From assembly GCA_963799845.1 (NCBI GenBank), contig CAWCYI010000003.1:1-64000 (forward strand): a DNA stretch of 64,000 bases, given 5' to 3'. A program made the translations under genes and the position numbers. Position 1 is the first letter of the stretch, and each line of letters opens with the position of its first letter. Below are positions 10,926 to 20,271 of the stretch, one piece after another. The notes beneath the pieces were generated by a model. The model was not told where the DNA came from. It saw nothing but the letters and a program-made list of their open reading frames with translations, and ran no database searches. The stretch is from an uncultured Nitrososphaerota archaeon. GTDB lineage: Archaea > Thermoproteota > Nitrososphaeria > Nitrososphaerales > CADDZS01.

Positions 10926-11370
10926 CTTCGAGGAAAGAACGGATGACCTTCTTTCCTGCGCCTCCAATGCCGAGAGAGAAAACAAACTCGCATTACGCCA
11001 GATAATCGAGGTCCTTGTCCAGTCGCGAATTGCACCTGGGGAATTCGTGAAAGAACTAATAGACTCTAGCATTGCAATTGCCATGGCGCATTCATTTCCA
11101 AGAGGAAAGATTAGAACGAGGCCTCTCAACTTCGAGGGTACAGAGGCAAACCGGAAGAGACTCGCGGAAATGTATAGCAAAGTCTCGCCCACGATAGATA
11201 GAATGAGTGCCAATCAAATGTTTGAATTGATTGCAAAGTTGACGGTAGGGAATAATCTCTTGATGAAGATCTTGAATCCGATTCCCAGCGTGCGATACAT
11301 TGAAGTTAAAACAGGTGTTGCCGCTGCTCTCTCAAATCTTGGAGGAGGAGAGACGAACGCTCCGGCATGA
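10918..11370 (+). CDS. Hypothetical protein
   Basis: 150-aa ORF overlapping the upstream stop codon. Confidence 0.55.
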   Translation: MSSFEERTDDLLSCASNAERENKLALRQIIEVLVQSRIAPGEFVKELIDSSIAIAMAHSFPRGKIRTRPLNFEGTEANRKRLAEMYSKVSPTIDRMSANQMFELIAKLTVGNNLLMKILNPIPSVRYIEVKTGVAAALSNLGGGETNAPA

Positions 11371-11486
11371 CGAATAGAGTAGTAAAGGACGCCCTCACTT
11401 GCTTTTGATTCCGAAGTCGTACCCTGATCTATATTCTGCACCAGAGTTTTTTGATAATGGGTGATCCAGAGTTAGGACTATTTTCT

Positions 11487-11843
11487 TCACCAAGAAAATC
11501 GGTAGCCGCGTCGCCTTAATTCGCTATCAACTTCCTGAAGCCTCGATCTTACGACTCTGGCGAGGAAGAGCACGTCTGAATCGGGCCACTGCTCTAAATC
11601 GTCTCGAGTGAGTACCTTTGTGATCGTGGAGGAAGAAGAATGTAAATATTGATCGATCTTTGTTTCCACCGTTTGCTCGTTGCCCGCGGACGCAAGATGT
11701 TTCTTCACATACTCTGCGAGAATATCTCTCACGACGGTTGTGACATCGGATCGGTGATCCCTTGCGATCTCCATGAGGGAATCGAGGACTGGTTTATCCG
11801 TTTGGCGTATGTTGATCGCGAGCGTCCAACGAGCCTGCGGCAA
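11487..11843 (-). CDS. Ribbon-helix-helix (CopG-like) DNA-binding protein
   Basis: TLAINIRQTDKPVLDSLMEIARDHRSDVTTVVRDILAEYV shows a strand-helix-helix pattern. Confidence 0.6.
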   Translation of the reverse strand: MPQARWTLAINIRQTDKPVLDSLMEIARDHRSDVTTVVRDILAEYVKKHLASAGNEQTVETKIDQYLHSSSSTITKVLTRDDLEQWPDSDVLFLARVVRSRLQEVDSELRRRGYRFSW

Positions 11844-11980
11844 TTCTCATTCCCTAGTCCTATTTTTGCAGTTCATGCGCGCACGCACGCACTGTTTCCG
11901 GAGGATGAGACCAACGTGTAACTCTCCGCAATGAGCTAAAGGTAATAGTAATTTCATGGATCAACATCGCATTGCCCACA

Positions 11981-12475
11981 TTATTCTTCGTTTTCCCCAG
12001 GTAGCAGTAGCACTGCGGGGCGTCTAGCATAGCTTGGAGTCCAGGAAGCTCCTTCGCGCAAAGCCCTCTCTATACCAATTGTAGTGATCTTCCATACCCC
12101 AAACTCGCAATCTTCTCCCACCGGGAGCACTTGTGTTTTGAGGACGAGTGCCTTTTTCGAAAATTTGACGATGGAGTCAAAGAGATTTTTTCGAGATTTT
12201 TCGTACACCGCTTTCAAGTCATCTTCGTTGAGCTGAGGAAACCACTTCGCGCTTCGCAGTTCCTGGAGTACTAGTTTTGTCTTCATCTCTTTTGCGGGCG
12301 CTCTTTGTAGGATCGTAAGTATCGCCACTTCTGCCGCGTTTCTCGATGGAGTGTTCACAATTACTCTAGAGAATATTTTCTTCCTTGCTCCAGGTCCCTT
12401 TCGAGGCGCCTTGTTCCTTACTTCAGTTCTTCCACTTCCATTTTCCAAGTCTTGATTTTCCGTAAATTCCGTCAT
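11981..12475 (-). CDS. Winged-helix protein resembling the Mrr N-terminal domain (no nuclease domain)
   Basis: AILTILQ...NEDDLK...FDSIVKFSKKALV...GVWKITTIG resembles the Mrr_N G-x-W-x-I-T-x-x-G motif. Confidence 0.6.
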   Translation of the reverse strand: MTEFTENQDLENGSGRTEVRNKAPRKGPGARKKIFSRVIVNTPSRNAAEVAILTILQRAPAKEMKTKLVLQELRSAKWFPQLNEDDLKAVYEKSRKNLFDSIVKFSKKALVLKTQVLPVGEDCEFGVWKITTIGIERALREGASWTPSYARRPAVLLLPGENEE

Positions 12476-12672
12476 ATGCTAGGTTCAAGCCGTCGCGCAA
12501 CTCCTTGCGTCCTAATATGCGATGTCGTCTGGTGGATCAGACGGGTGGGCCTGCAAATCTTACACTGTTTGGACTCTGTAAAGCTTGATTTTCCAAACAA
12601 TCGAGACCTGGTACGGGCCCTCGATAGTCTGGAATGGCTCAAAAATTCATAAATATTGCAGATTATGGCCTC

Positions 12673-12703
12673 ATCGATTCTTTGAAAAGAATCGATTTAT
12701 AAT
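12673..12703. promoter_or_regulatory. Perfect 11-bp inverted repeat (operator) abutting a TATA-like box
   Basis: ATCGATTCTTT-GA-AAAGAATCGAT followed by TTTATAAT. Confidence 0.55.
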
Positions 12704-12788
12704 CTAAAATTTGAGTTGCTAACCTTATGAGTCATGTACCCGTGAGGATCATTCCTTTCAATCTAATTGGTATTTCTTTTCTCCTGAC

Positions 12789-13028
12789 TTGAATCTGAGT
12801 CTCATAACGCAGAGCAAAGGAATGGCGACAAGAATTATTGCCAGGCTCCCAAAGGGAAACTCTTGGATCTCTGTGGTCGAAGAACCAGGACCGACCAGGG
12901 GGAGCTACATCTTCAGAGCCGCTACCAATAAAGCATGGGTTTTCTTGCGCAATGTTGGAAACGCTTCTCACCAAATGAGTTGCAGATTAATCAAGGAAAA
13001 CACACTTCCGCTTCTTGCAATGAAATGA
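12789..13028 (+). CDS. Small hypothetical protein
   Basis: 79-aa ORF downstream of the TATA/operator. Confidence 0.4.
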   Translation: MNLSLITQSKGMATRIIARLPKGNSWISVVEEPGPTRGSYIFRAATNKAWVFLRNVGNASHQMSCRLIKENTLPLLAMK

Positions 13029-13273
13029 TGTCCCTCCGTCCACCGTCCCTTGCTCAAACCCACTCCAATTGCGAAAGTGAGATCTGACACCACAGCTAGT
13101 GTTGTGGGATTGATCTGTGAGACATGATCACCCGCCGAAAATGATCACATAACAAATACGTGTCATACAGCCACCATGGGCGGCAGGGAAGACAATGCAA
13201 GTCCTGTATATCTTTGGCGGAAGTCGTTACTAATGTCGAAAAGTCAATTGTTCCAAATTGGCCAACTTAGACT

Positions 13274-13287
13274 CCAGCCGGTCCACT
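13274..13287 (+). repeat. att site (copy of the tRNA-Ala 3' end)
   Basis: Identical to 7952-7965. Confidence 0.85.
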
Positions 13288-13321
13288 GATCTAGTTCCTG
13301 ATGACGCCGAACTTGGTCCTC

Positions 13322-14950
13322 TCAACTCCCTTGATCCTCTTTGCCCTCGTCTTTCTTCTTGTCCGCCTCAGACTGACTGGGCGATTTTTCATCTGGTTCA
13401 GGTAATGGCTTGAAAATTGCCCTCTGATTTTGCGACTTGCGCGTAATCCTGATCGAATCGGAGATTGAAGTGTACAAATCACTCGTTCTTGTCTTCAAGA
13501 TCCTGGTGGGCTTCGACCGCGCATCCATTTCAGCGAGAATGTCTTCGAGCTCATCCTTGTCTTTTTCCAGTTGGTCTGCAAATTCATCCTCAGTTATCTT
13601 TCCGTCCATTCTCATTTTTTCCAAATCGCCAATTGAAGAGACTGATCTAGCAAGTTTCACGTTTAGTTCTTCTTCCATCTCCGACTGCTCGAGAGGGAAA
13701 TTCCTCCGGATGTAACGGGAGAGAAGTGCAGCCTGGAAAACAATCGACAGGAAAGCGACCCCGAGGACCAGATTGGAGATTGTATCGACATCGCCCGAAG
13801 AGATAAGAGCGGATGTTGAGATGGACGTGGCCAGTGCAATCGATAGGGCTCCCTTCATGCCTCCGAGCATCGCGATGTTTCGCCACTTTAGAGGAATCTT
13901 TCGATCCACGGTTTTTGAAAGTCTGTCGAATATCGTTAAGATTGGGTAGACTGTTGCTACTCTGGCAACGAGTACGGCGGCGTAAGCCACGAGAATCAGC
14001 TCTGCGGACTGAGACAGCTTCAGCAGATCTGTCCTTAGACCAATGTAGAGAAACGCGATTGAATTACCAACGAAAGCGGCAATCTCCCAAAAGCTTGTGA
14101 TGGCTTCTCTATTGGATGGTCTTATGGCCGTCTTTATCGTCAGATTTCCGTAGTATAGCCCCACGACCGAGACGGCGATCAATCCAGAAAATCCCAGGGT
14201 AGTCGCCAAAACGTACGAACCATAGACCACAGTAATAGTAAGAATTGTCTCGGTTAGGCGATCAGAAATGACACTCGTCAAGACTTCGCCGGCGAGAGAG
14301 ACCCCAAGTCCTACTGCGATCCCTCCTCCGAAAAGTAGGATAAAATTAAGACCGGCCGTAAAGAGCGGAAGCTTTGCCGATACAATCGAGCCCAGGATAA
14401 TCGTGAATATGATAATGCCAGTTGCATCATTGAAAGCGGCTTCGGTGTCCATCAGGGCCGATAGTTTTGATGGGACGTTCAGCCGTCGAAAGAGTTCGAC
14501 GACTGTTGCTGCATCGGTAGGAGAGATAACCGCGGCGAACAAGAACGAAATGTAGAAAGGAAGACCGATTAACTTCCAGAGCAAGACTCCCCCAACGATC
14601 GTGGAGATTACTACTCCGATCGTGGCTAGAACCATTGCAGGTCGGAGTACTGCTTTGAGGTCGTTTGATCTGACGTGAGTTAGAGCCTCGAAAATCAGGG
14701 GAGGGACAACCAAGCCAACGAAGAGCCCGCCGTTCTGCCCGCCATTGAGGCTCAGGGTGTACGCCTTAATCTGTGATACGGCACTTTCGAAGGCTCCTTG
14801 ACCCATTAGGAAAGAATTGGATAATAGGACCAGGAGGACGCCGATGATAATCAGCGCAAGGGTGTAAGGTAGCTTCAATCGGACTGAAACGAGCGACGCG
14901 ATCAGTGTAATCACTAGGAAAATTGTAGCGAAAAGCTCTACTGAAAGCAA
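13322..14950 (-). CDS. nhaP: Na+/H+ antiporter, CPA1/NhaP family
   Basis: PPLIFE, ISPTDA, EAAFNDATG, GMKGALS motifs; about 12 TM helices. Confidence 0.9.
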   Translation of the reverse strand: MLSVELFATIFLVITLIASLVSVRLKLPYTLALIIIGVLLVLLSNSFLMGQGAFESAVSQIKAYTLSLNGGQNGGLFVGLVVPPLIFEALTHVRSNDLKAVLRPAMVLATIGVVISTIVGGVLLWKLIGLPFYISFLFAAVISPTDAATVVELFRRLNVPSKLSALMDTEAAFNDATGIIIFTIILGSIVSAKLPLFTAGLNFILLFGGGIAVGLGVSLAGEVLTSVISDRLTETILTITVVYGSYVLATTLGFSGLIAVSVVGLYYGNLTIKTAIRPSNREAITSFWEIAAFVGNSIAFLYIGLRTDLLKLSQSAELILVAYAAVLVARVATVYPILTIFDRLSKTVDRKIPLKWRNIAMLGGMKGALSIALATSISTSALISSGDVDTISNLVLGVAFLSIVFQAALLSRYIRRNFPLEQSEMEEELNVKLARSVSSIGDLEKMRMDGKITEDEFADQLEKDKDELEDILAEMDARSKPTRILKTRTSDLYTSISDSIRITRKSQNQRAIFKPLPEPDEKSPSQSEADKKKDEGKEDQGS

Positions 14951-15292
14951 TCAGATTGAATAGCTGACAAACTCCAATGTAAATCTTCGTCATGTTTGCG
15001 AAATCTGTGATTTGAAATATCAGTAATTGGCCGTGACGTTACGGAACTTGTGCAGATAATGTCTCAAAACGATATTTCAGTAGGACAAGCGAAAGTCTAC
15101 TTCATTCTTTGAGAAAGTTGATGAATAACGATGAGTATCTAGTTGCAGTCGTAGTCAAAATTGGCGGAGAGCTATCGGGAATTATTAGCCGGACTGACCT
15201 TTTGGGGGCTTACGATAAAAGAATTGAACCAGGTGAAGGCTCTGCCCGCGAGCCTGGCCGATGTTACTGCCAGAAATGAGTTGTCTGCTGCT

Positions 15293-15490
15293 TCAATACC
15301 TTCCCATAACAAACCGGCCGAATTCCACCTGGGACACCGATTCCGTCTTTGGCAGTTCCATGCAGTACCCATAACACCTCCAGCAGGTTTTGCACCTGCA
15401 GCTATCGTCTCTAGTGTGAGCGTGGTCAACATGGATGTGTTTCAGTTTTTGCCTCTCCGTTATCTTTGGTAGCGAAATCTCTTTCGACAT
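15293..15490 (-). CDS. His/Cys-rich small metal-binding protein
   Basis: HIHVDHAH...CRCKTCWRCYGYC; palindromes TATAGATCTATA and TCTATATAGA upstream. Confidence 0.55.
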   Translation of the reverse strand: MSKEISLPKITERQKLKHIHVDHAHTRDDSCRCKTCWRCYGYCMELPKTESVSQVEFGRFVMGRY

Positions 15491-15582
15491 TGGGTCGGAA
15501 AAATAAGTACTAGTATAAGGCCTTTACTTATAGATCTATAGGGCGATCTATATAGAATTCCTTATTTTTAGGCGGCACTGCC

Positions 15583-16131
15583 TTAAATGAAAGTAGAAAG
15601 ATCTGTTTGGCCGCTATCCAGCCGGGGGAACGTCCTTGACCATCTCTTTGATCTTTTTAGCGCTCTAAACTTTGAACCGACGAACCGCCTGTTGTCTTTA
15701 TCAGGTCGCTGGAGAATGGGGTTTGCCTGTTCGATGCACTTGTCAGAATCGGGAAAGTAGTTCCAAATTCCGGCTCCGGTACGTTTGAGATCCCAGAACA
15801 GGTCGCTCCTTGTGTGATTAATTCCCCGTTCCGCAACGAGGACGACATAATCAAACCAGTCCGAGTAACTTCGCACCTGTCGAACCCCTCTCGAGATGCT
15901 GTCAGACTCGGATTTGTACTCGAAAGCCCAGTAAAATGACCCCATCTTTGCAGCCAGATCTACAAGAGGGTGCTTGGAGTATAAACACTCGAATTCCTCG
16001 GGATAAAGGGAGAACCCCATTCTGACTAGATGATCCCTGAAACGGCTGTAGCAAGGTTCTCGATTTAAGCGGAAACCGGTATTAAACAAGAGTGAAGGGC
16101 AACCCTCTCTAGAATTCGGAATAAAACTCAC
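15583..16131 (-). CDS. PD-(D/E)XK nuclease-superfamily protein
   Basis: E...VDL...AFEYK...RQVRSY...FDYVVLV; start uncertain. Confidence 0.65.
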   Translation of the reverse strand: MSFIPNSREGCPSLLFNTGFRLNREPCYSRFRDHLVRMGFSLYPEEFECLYSKHPLVDLAAKMGSFYWAFEYKSESDSISRGVRQVRSYSDWFDYVVLVAERGINHTRSDLFWDLKRTGAGIWNYFPDSDKCIEQANPILQRPDKDNRRFVGSKFRALKRSKRWSRTFPRLDSGQTDLSTFI

Positions 16132-16367
16132 AATTTACGACAATTCTTGAGCCGTGGTCAATGATATTCAACAAAAATTTTGCTATCCAGATCAGAACTT
16201 TGACTGGATTTCCGGAAAATACGGACGAAAGTGCAGTTTAGAGCGTGAGACAGTCAAATTTGAGGCACCAAAGCCGCCTTAAAATCTAGGCAGTTGGAGC
16301 AGTTTGTCAAAGATTGTTTACTCGGTCAGAGATTAGCGATCGTTCCTCTCTCAAGTTCTCGAGTAAC

Positions 16368-16544
16368 ATGGCTTACACAACCGGTCAAACATGGGGCGCG
16401 TTAAGGAAGGCGTGGAAGGCGTACAGGATCGCAAAGGTCCAGAACAGCAACACTGACATGGTAAAGTATGCGACGAGAATCCGTTCACTGCAAGCAGAGC
16501 TCGGAGTTTCTCAAGCATCTTTTCCAGACCTGAATCTGGGTTAG
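16368..16544 (+). CDS. Small conserved helical protein (thaumarchaeal type)
   Basis: MAYTTGQTWGALRKAWKAYRIAK...YATRIRSLQAELG, recognised as resembling small Nitrososphaerota proteins. Confidence 0.7.
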   Translation: MAYTTGQTWGALRKAWKAYRIAKVQNSNTDMVKYATRIRSLQAELGVSQASFPDLNLG

Positions 16545-16563
16545 ACTGTCCGTTGCTTTTCTC

Positions 16564-16620
16564 TGAATGAAAGGCTCTAGCGAGGGCTTTTCATTCAATA
16601 CCTTCCCGACTCTTTTTTTT
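16564..16620 (+). terminator. 3' hairpin plus U-tract
   Basis: TGAATGAAAGGCTCT-AGCG-AGGGCTTTTCATTCA (15 bp, two G-U pairs), then a T-run at about 16613-16620. Confidence 0.55.
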
Positions 16621-16740
16621 CTCGAATCACATTCCGGGTGAGTATCTTCCATTGTCTTCTAAGACTGTTTTTCATTCGATTCAAGAGTTAGGAATCTCGT
16701 TCGATTGGAATGAAGACATCTTTTCGTTTAATGCGTTCTG

Positions 16741-16805
16741 AGCTCTCTGAGCTCCGTTCAGCTCGTTTCGAGCTCTTCTGAGCTTCCAGAGCTTGAGAGT
16801 CAGCT
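16741..16805. repeat. Seven AGCT motifs spaced ~10 bp
   Basis: AGCT at 16741, 16750, 16760, 16771, 16781, 16790, 16802. Confidence 0.65.
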
Positions 16806-16904
16806 CTTCGGCCAAAAAGTGCTCACGTGCGCAGAAATGCAGAAAATTTTTTTCTTAATGAATCAATGGGAACTCCTACATAAAGAAAAACGATCTTTGT
16901 GGGC

Positions 16905-17876
16905 TTATAGCAATCCCTGCGAGCGCATCCAGTCGTCGTTGTAAAGTTTGGAGAGATACCTCTCGCCCCGGTCAGGGAGAATAGTTACGATCAGGTCATC
17001 CTCGGAGAGTCCTTCTGCAACTTTTAGAGCGCCCGCAACGGCAGCTCCCGAAGAGCTTCCGGCCAACAGGGCCTCCTCCCTTGCGAGCCTGCGAGCCATC
17101 TGATATGCTTCCTTGTCTGACACCTGCACGATTTCATCGAGTAGAGTCAGATCTACTGTGGACGGAATGAAATCCTCGCCTATTCCTTCTATCTTGTACT
17201 GGTGCAGATCTGGTTTCGCGTTTCTGTTCAACTTGTAGAAGTACAGTGAACCTTGAGGATCGACGCCGATTACTTTCACATTGGCATTTTTTTCCTTCAA
17301 ATACCGCCCCGCACCGCTGATCGTCCCGCCGGTTCCGATTCCCGCGATGAAATGCGTGATCTTCCCGCTGGTCTGTTCCCAGATTTCCTTTCCGGTGGTC
17401 TGATAATGCGTCAATGGATTGATTTGGTTTTCGTACTGATTGGGCATGAACGAGTTCGGATTCTCTTCTGAGATCCTCTTGGCTACAGAAATGTACTGCT
17501 CTGGATGACTCGGGGGCCGATCGGACGGACAGACCACGACCTTCGCTCCGTACGCTTCGAGCAACCTCCTCTTTTCATCGCTCATCTTGTCTGGCATCGT
17601 GACAATCAGGTTGAATCCTAGGATAATGCAAGCGAGCGCAAGTCCGACTCCAGTATTTCCCGACGAAGGCTCAACAACTGTCCCTCCCTTCTTTATCCTG
17701 CCATCTTTCTCGGCTGCGATCAGCATTGACACCCCTATCCGGTCCTTTATCGATCCACCGGGATTCAGAAATTCCAGCTTGCACAAGATAGTGGGCTTCA
17801 CGTTTCTTCCTAGTTTTGACAATCTGACAAGGGGAGTATTTCCGATCGCAGATAGGATGTTTTCGTGATGGCCCAT
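16905..17876 (-). CDS. PLP-dependent cystathionine beta-synthase/cysteine synthase
   Basis: IGNTPLV, KLEFLNPGGSIKDR, SSGNTG, GIGTGGT, IEGIG, LPDRGERYLSK. Confidence 0.92.
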   Translation of the reverse strand: MGHHENILSAIGNTPLVRLSKLGRNVKPTILCKLEFLNPGGSIKDRIGVSMLIAAEKDGRIKKGGTVVEPSSGNTGVGLALACIILGFNLIVTMPDKMSDEKRRLLEAYGAKVVVCPSDRPPSHPEQYISVAKRISEENPNSFMPNQYENQINPLTHYQTTGKEIWEQTSGKITHFIAGIGTGGTISGAGRYLKEKNANVKVIGVDPQGSLYFYKLNRNAKPDLHQYKIEGIGEDFIPSTVDLTLLDEIVQVSDKEAYQMARRLAREEALLAGSSSGAAVAGALKVAEGLSEDDLIVTILPDRGERYLSKLYNDDWMRSQGLL

Positions 17877-18004
17877 ACTTCCAGCTTGACTTTGAGCTGT
17901 CAGCTTTTCTATTTAACTTGAAAGGAAACGCAGTTCATATTTCATGACGCACAGACAACATTCTTTTTTAGACAACGCAGAAGCAACCTAATGGATTAAT
18001 ATTT

Positions 18005-18120
18005 GCGGGGGTCGCCCAGCCTGGTCAAAGGCGCGAGGCTTAGGTTTCTCTAACTTTAGTTTAGATGAATGAGATACCTCGTCCCTCAGGGGTTCGTGGG
18101 TTCAAATCCCACCCCCCGCA
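18005..18120 (+). tRNA. tRNA-Leu(TAG) with canonical intron 18045-18075
   Basis: GCGGGGG/CCCCCGC acceptor stem, anticodon TAG at 18041-18043, long variable arm, T-loop. Confidence 0.95.
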
Positions 18121-18415
18121 TAGTTTCTCGCTCTAAGTTCGGGTGGTAGGGTCAGCAGCCGCATAGCTTCTTTCTAATAAAAACTCTGATAGCACCGACT
18201 CGCATCCTTATCAGCCTAGAAGCATGAAATGAGTGAGATTTTCCGGATATGTTTCAAGGTGCTCTCAATCTCCGCTCACTCATTCTTAATTAAATCCTTC
18301 GGGAATCGGGTTCGTTTTTTCTTCTGAGAAGGTTGTAGGCCTATATAGTAGTACTTCCCACACCTATGCCGCGAGAAAAAAGGATCTTTTTGATGAATTA
18401 AGAAATTGGAGGTTC

Positions 18416-19012
18416 GTGGGTGGCGGAATGATTCAGCTCGAACGTGAGTTACGTTTGACAGATCTGATTGTGGCTTTGAAAAATGATCACAGAGAAATCC
18501 GGAGACAGCTCTGGGTTCTGCGCATGCTTGTATCTAGGGGCGATTACGACCTCGTAGAGAAACGGACCATCGAACTTCAAACTCTACTCGTAGCACATTT
18601 CGCAAAAGAAGAGTCCAGGGTACGTGACGTTCACGCGAGTTCTCCAAGTTTTTCTTCGTCCTCCGTTTCCGCCGATACCAGTACTTTCAGTAAAGGGGAC
18701 GTTATTGAGTCTGCGATTCAAAAACACAAAGCGATGTCTGATTCATTCAAAAAGACCTATGGTTCATCGACAATCTCGACTCGGGAGGAAAAGCTTTCTG
18801 TTTTCGAGAAGTTTGAAAGAGCTCTCCTACATTGCCTCGAGGAGGAGGAAAACAAAGACCTATTTCCCTTTCTGATACGGGCGATCGACGAAAGCCGAAA
18901 GACAGCTCAGCCTCAAGATGATAAAAAAGGCACTCGAGAGACCGTAAGCAGTGGCGACGAAAAACCAGTTGGAGAAGAAAAGGGGAAAACGGAAGAACTA
19001 GTCTTTGCATAG
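18416..19012 (+). CDS. Hemerythrin (HHE)-like domain protein
   Basis: LKNDHREI, AHFAKEE, QKH, HCLEEEE...LFP. Confidence 0.65.
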   Translation: MGGGMIQLERELRLTDLIVALKNDHREIRRQLWVLRMLVSRGDYDLVEKRTIELQTLLVAHFAKEESRVRDVHASSPSFSSSSVSADTSTFSKGDVIESAIQKHKAMSDSFKKTYGSSTISTREEKLSVFEKFERALLHCLEEEENKDLFPFLIRAIDESRKTAQPQDDKKGTRETVSSGDEKPVGEEKGKTEELVFA

Positions 19013-19072
19013 GGAAATGAATGATTCATGTCTGTGTAACAGACAATATGAGAGTGAGAACCGAGTAATGTT

Positions 19073-19189
19073 ATGGTATGCTCTGGCTTTTGCGATATTT
19101 GTGGATCGGACGAAGAAGGAAGTTATTGCTCGCTCCACAAGAAATTTCTCTGTCTGACCTGCGCTCGGGGAAAAGTATTGAAAGAATGA
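19073..19189 (+). CDS. 38-aa Cys-rich B-box-like Zn-finger microprotein (not in the ORF track)
   Basis: MVCSGFCDICGSDEEGSYCSLHKKFLCLTCARGKVLKE; co-oriented with its neighbours. Confidence 0.55.
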   Translation: MVCSGFCDICGSDEEGSYCSLHKKFLCLTCARGKVLKE

Positions 19190-19229
19190 ACTTATCTGCA
19201 AAAAGAATCTGTACATCAGGTCGGCAGTA

Positions 19230-20072
19230 TTGAAATACAGAGAATTTGCGAAGACCGGCTTCAAAGTTTCTGTCGTCGGAATGGGAACATACTACGATCC
19301 TGCCTGGATCGGGCTCGCCATGTTGTTCGGAATCCGACGAGGGAAGGAGAAGAAGCTTGAAGCCCTAAAGACCGGTCTCGATTCAGGCATCAATTTCATC
19401 GACACCGCCGAGATTTACCGGTCAGAGCCAATAGTAGCGAAGGCGATCGCCGGTCGGAAGAGGGACGAGATATTCGTCGCTTCCAAAGTGTGGAGCAACC
19501 ACTTGAAACCGGAATCGTTGGTCAAATCGTGCAAGAAGAGTCTGGAAAAGTTAGGCACAACGTACATGGACCTCTACCAGATACATTCGCCCAGCTCCAG
19601 AGTTCCCATCAGTGGCACGATGAGAGCTATGGAAGACCTGCTCGACAAGGGGTTGATCAGGTCGATTGGGATAAGCAATTTTTCTTACAGGCAGACCGTC
19701 GAGGCAGTGCAAGCTATGAAGAGGCACGTGGTATCTTCGACTCAGATGAGCTACAGCCTAGCGCACAGGGATATTGAGAAGGAGATACTGCCTTATTGCA
19801 AGAAAGAGAATATTGCTGTTATTGCGTATTTCCCGTTGGGCCACGGCAAATTAGCGAAAGAGTCTTCGGGCGTGAACGAAATCATCGCAAAGCGCTCTAA
19901 TCATTTGAAACCATCGCAGGTTGCTCTGAGCTGCCTATTCAATAGAAGTGAAGTAGTTTTCCCAATTCCTAGAGCCTCTAATATGGAGCATGTGAAGGAA
20001 AACGCTATCGCAGGAGATATTGAATTGACCACGGCGGAAATGAAGCTGCTCGACGAGCGTTATCCCGCGTAG
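19230..20072 (+). CDS. Aldo/keto reductase
   Basis: GMGT, FIDTAEIY, SKVW, DLYQIH, IGISNF, PIPRA. Confidence 0.92.
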   Translation: MKYREFAKTGFKVSVVGMGTYYDPAWIGLAMLFGIRRGKEKKLEALKTGLDSGINFIDTAEIYRSEPIVAKAIAGRKRDEIFVASKVWSNHLKPESLVKSCKKSLEKLGTTYMDLYQIHSPSSRVPISGTMRAMEDLLDKGLIRSIGISNFSYRQTVEAVQAMKRHVVSSTQMSYSLAHRDIEKEILPYCKKENIAVIAYFPLGHGKLAKESSGVNEIIAKRSNHLKPSQVALSCLFNRSEVVFPIPRASNMEHVKENAIAGDIELTTAEMKLLDERYPA

Positions 20073-20271
20073 CTACATGCCCGTTACAAGCTTTTATCAC
20101 TAATTCTTCAGTAGTAGATCTCCAAATCTGGTATTGAGGCACTTTCCAAGCGCAGGGAACCAGTTTCCTGCCTCAAAGCTTGGGTCAAGCCCATTCAAAT
20201 AACCGAGTTGTGCAGTTTTGAAATTGTTCTTCCGACTCAGACTTGATAACCGAGCGAGCAGATTTTGGTAG

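Larger units (their letters stand above)
7952..13287. mobile_element. Integrated element (~5.3 kb) in tRNA-Ala, decayed
   Basis: 14-bp direct repeat CCAGCCGGTCCACT at 7952-7965 (tRNA 3' end) and 13274-13287; integrase pseudogene next to the tRNA. Confidence 0.85.
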
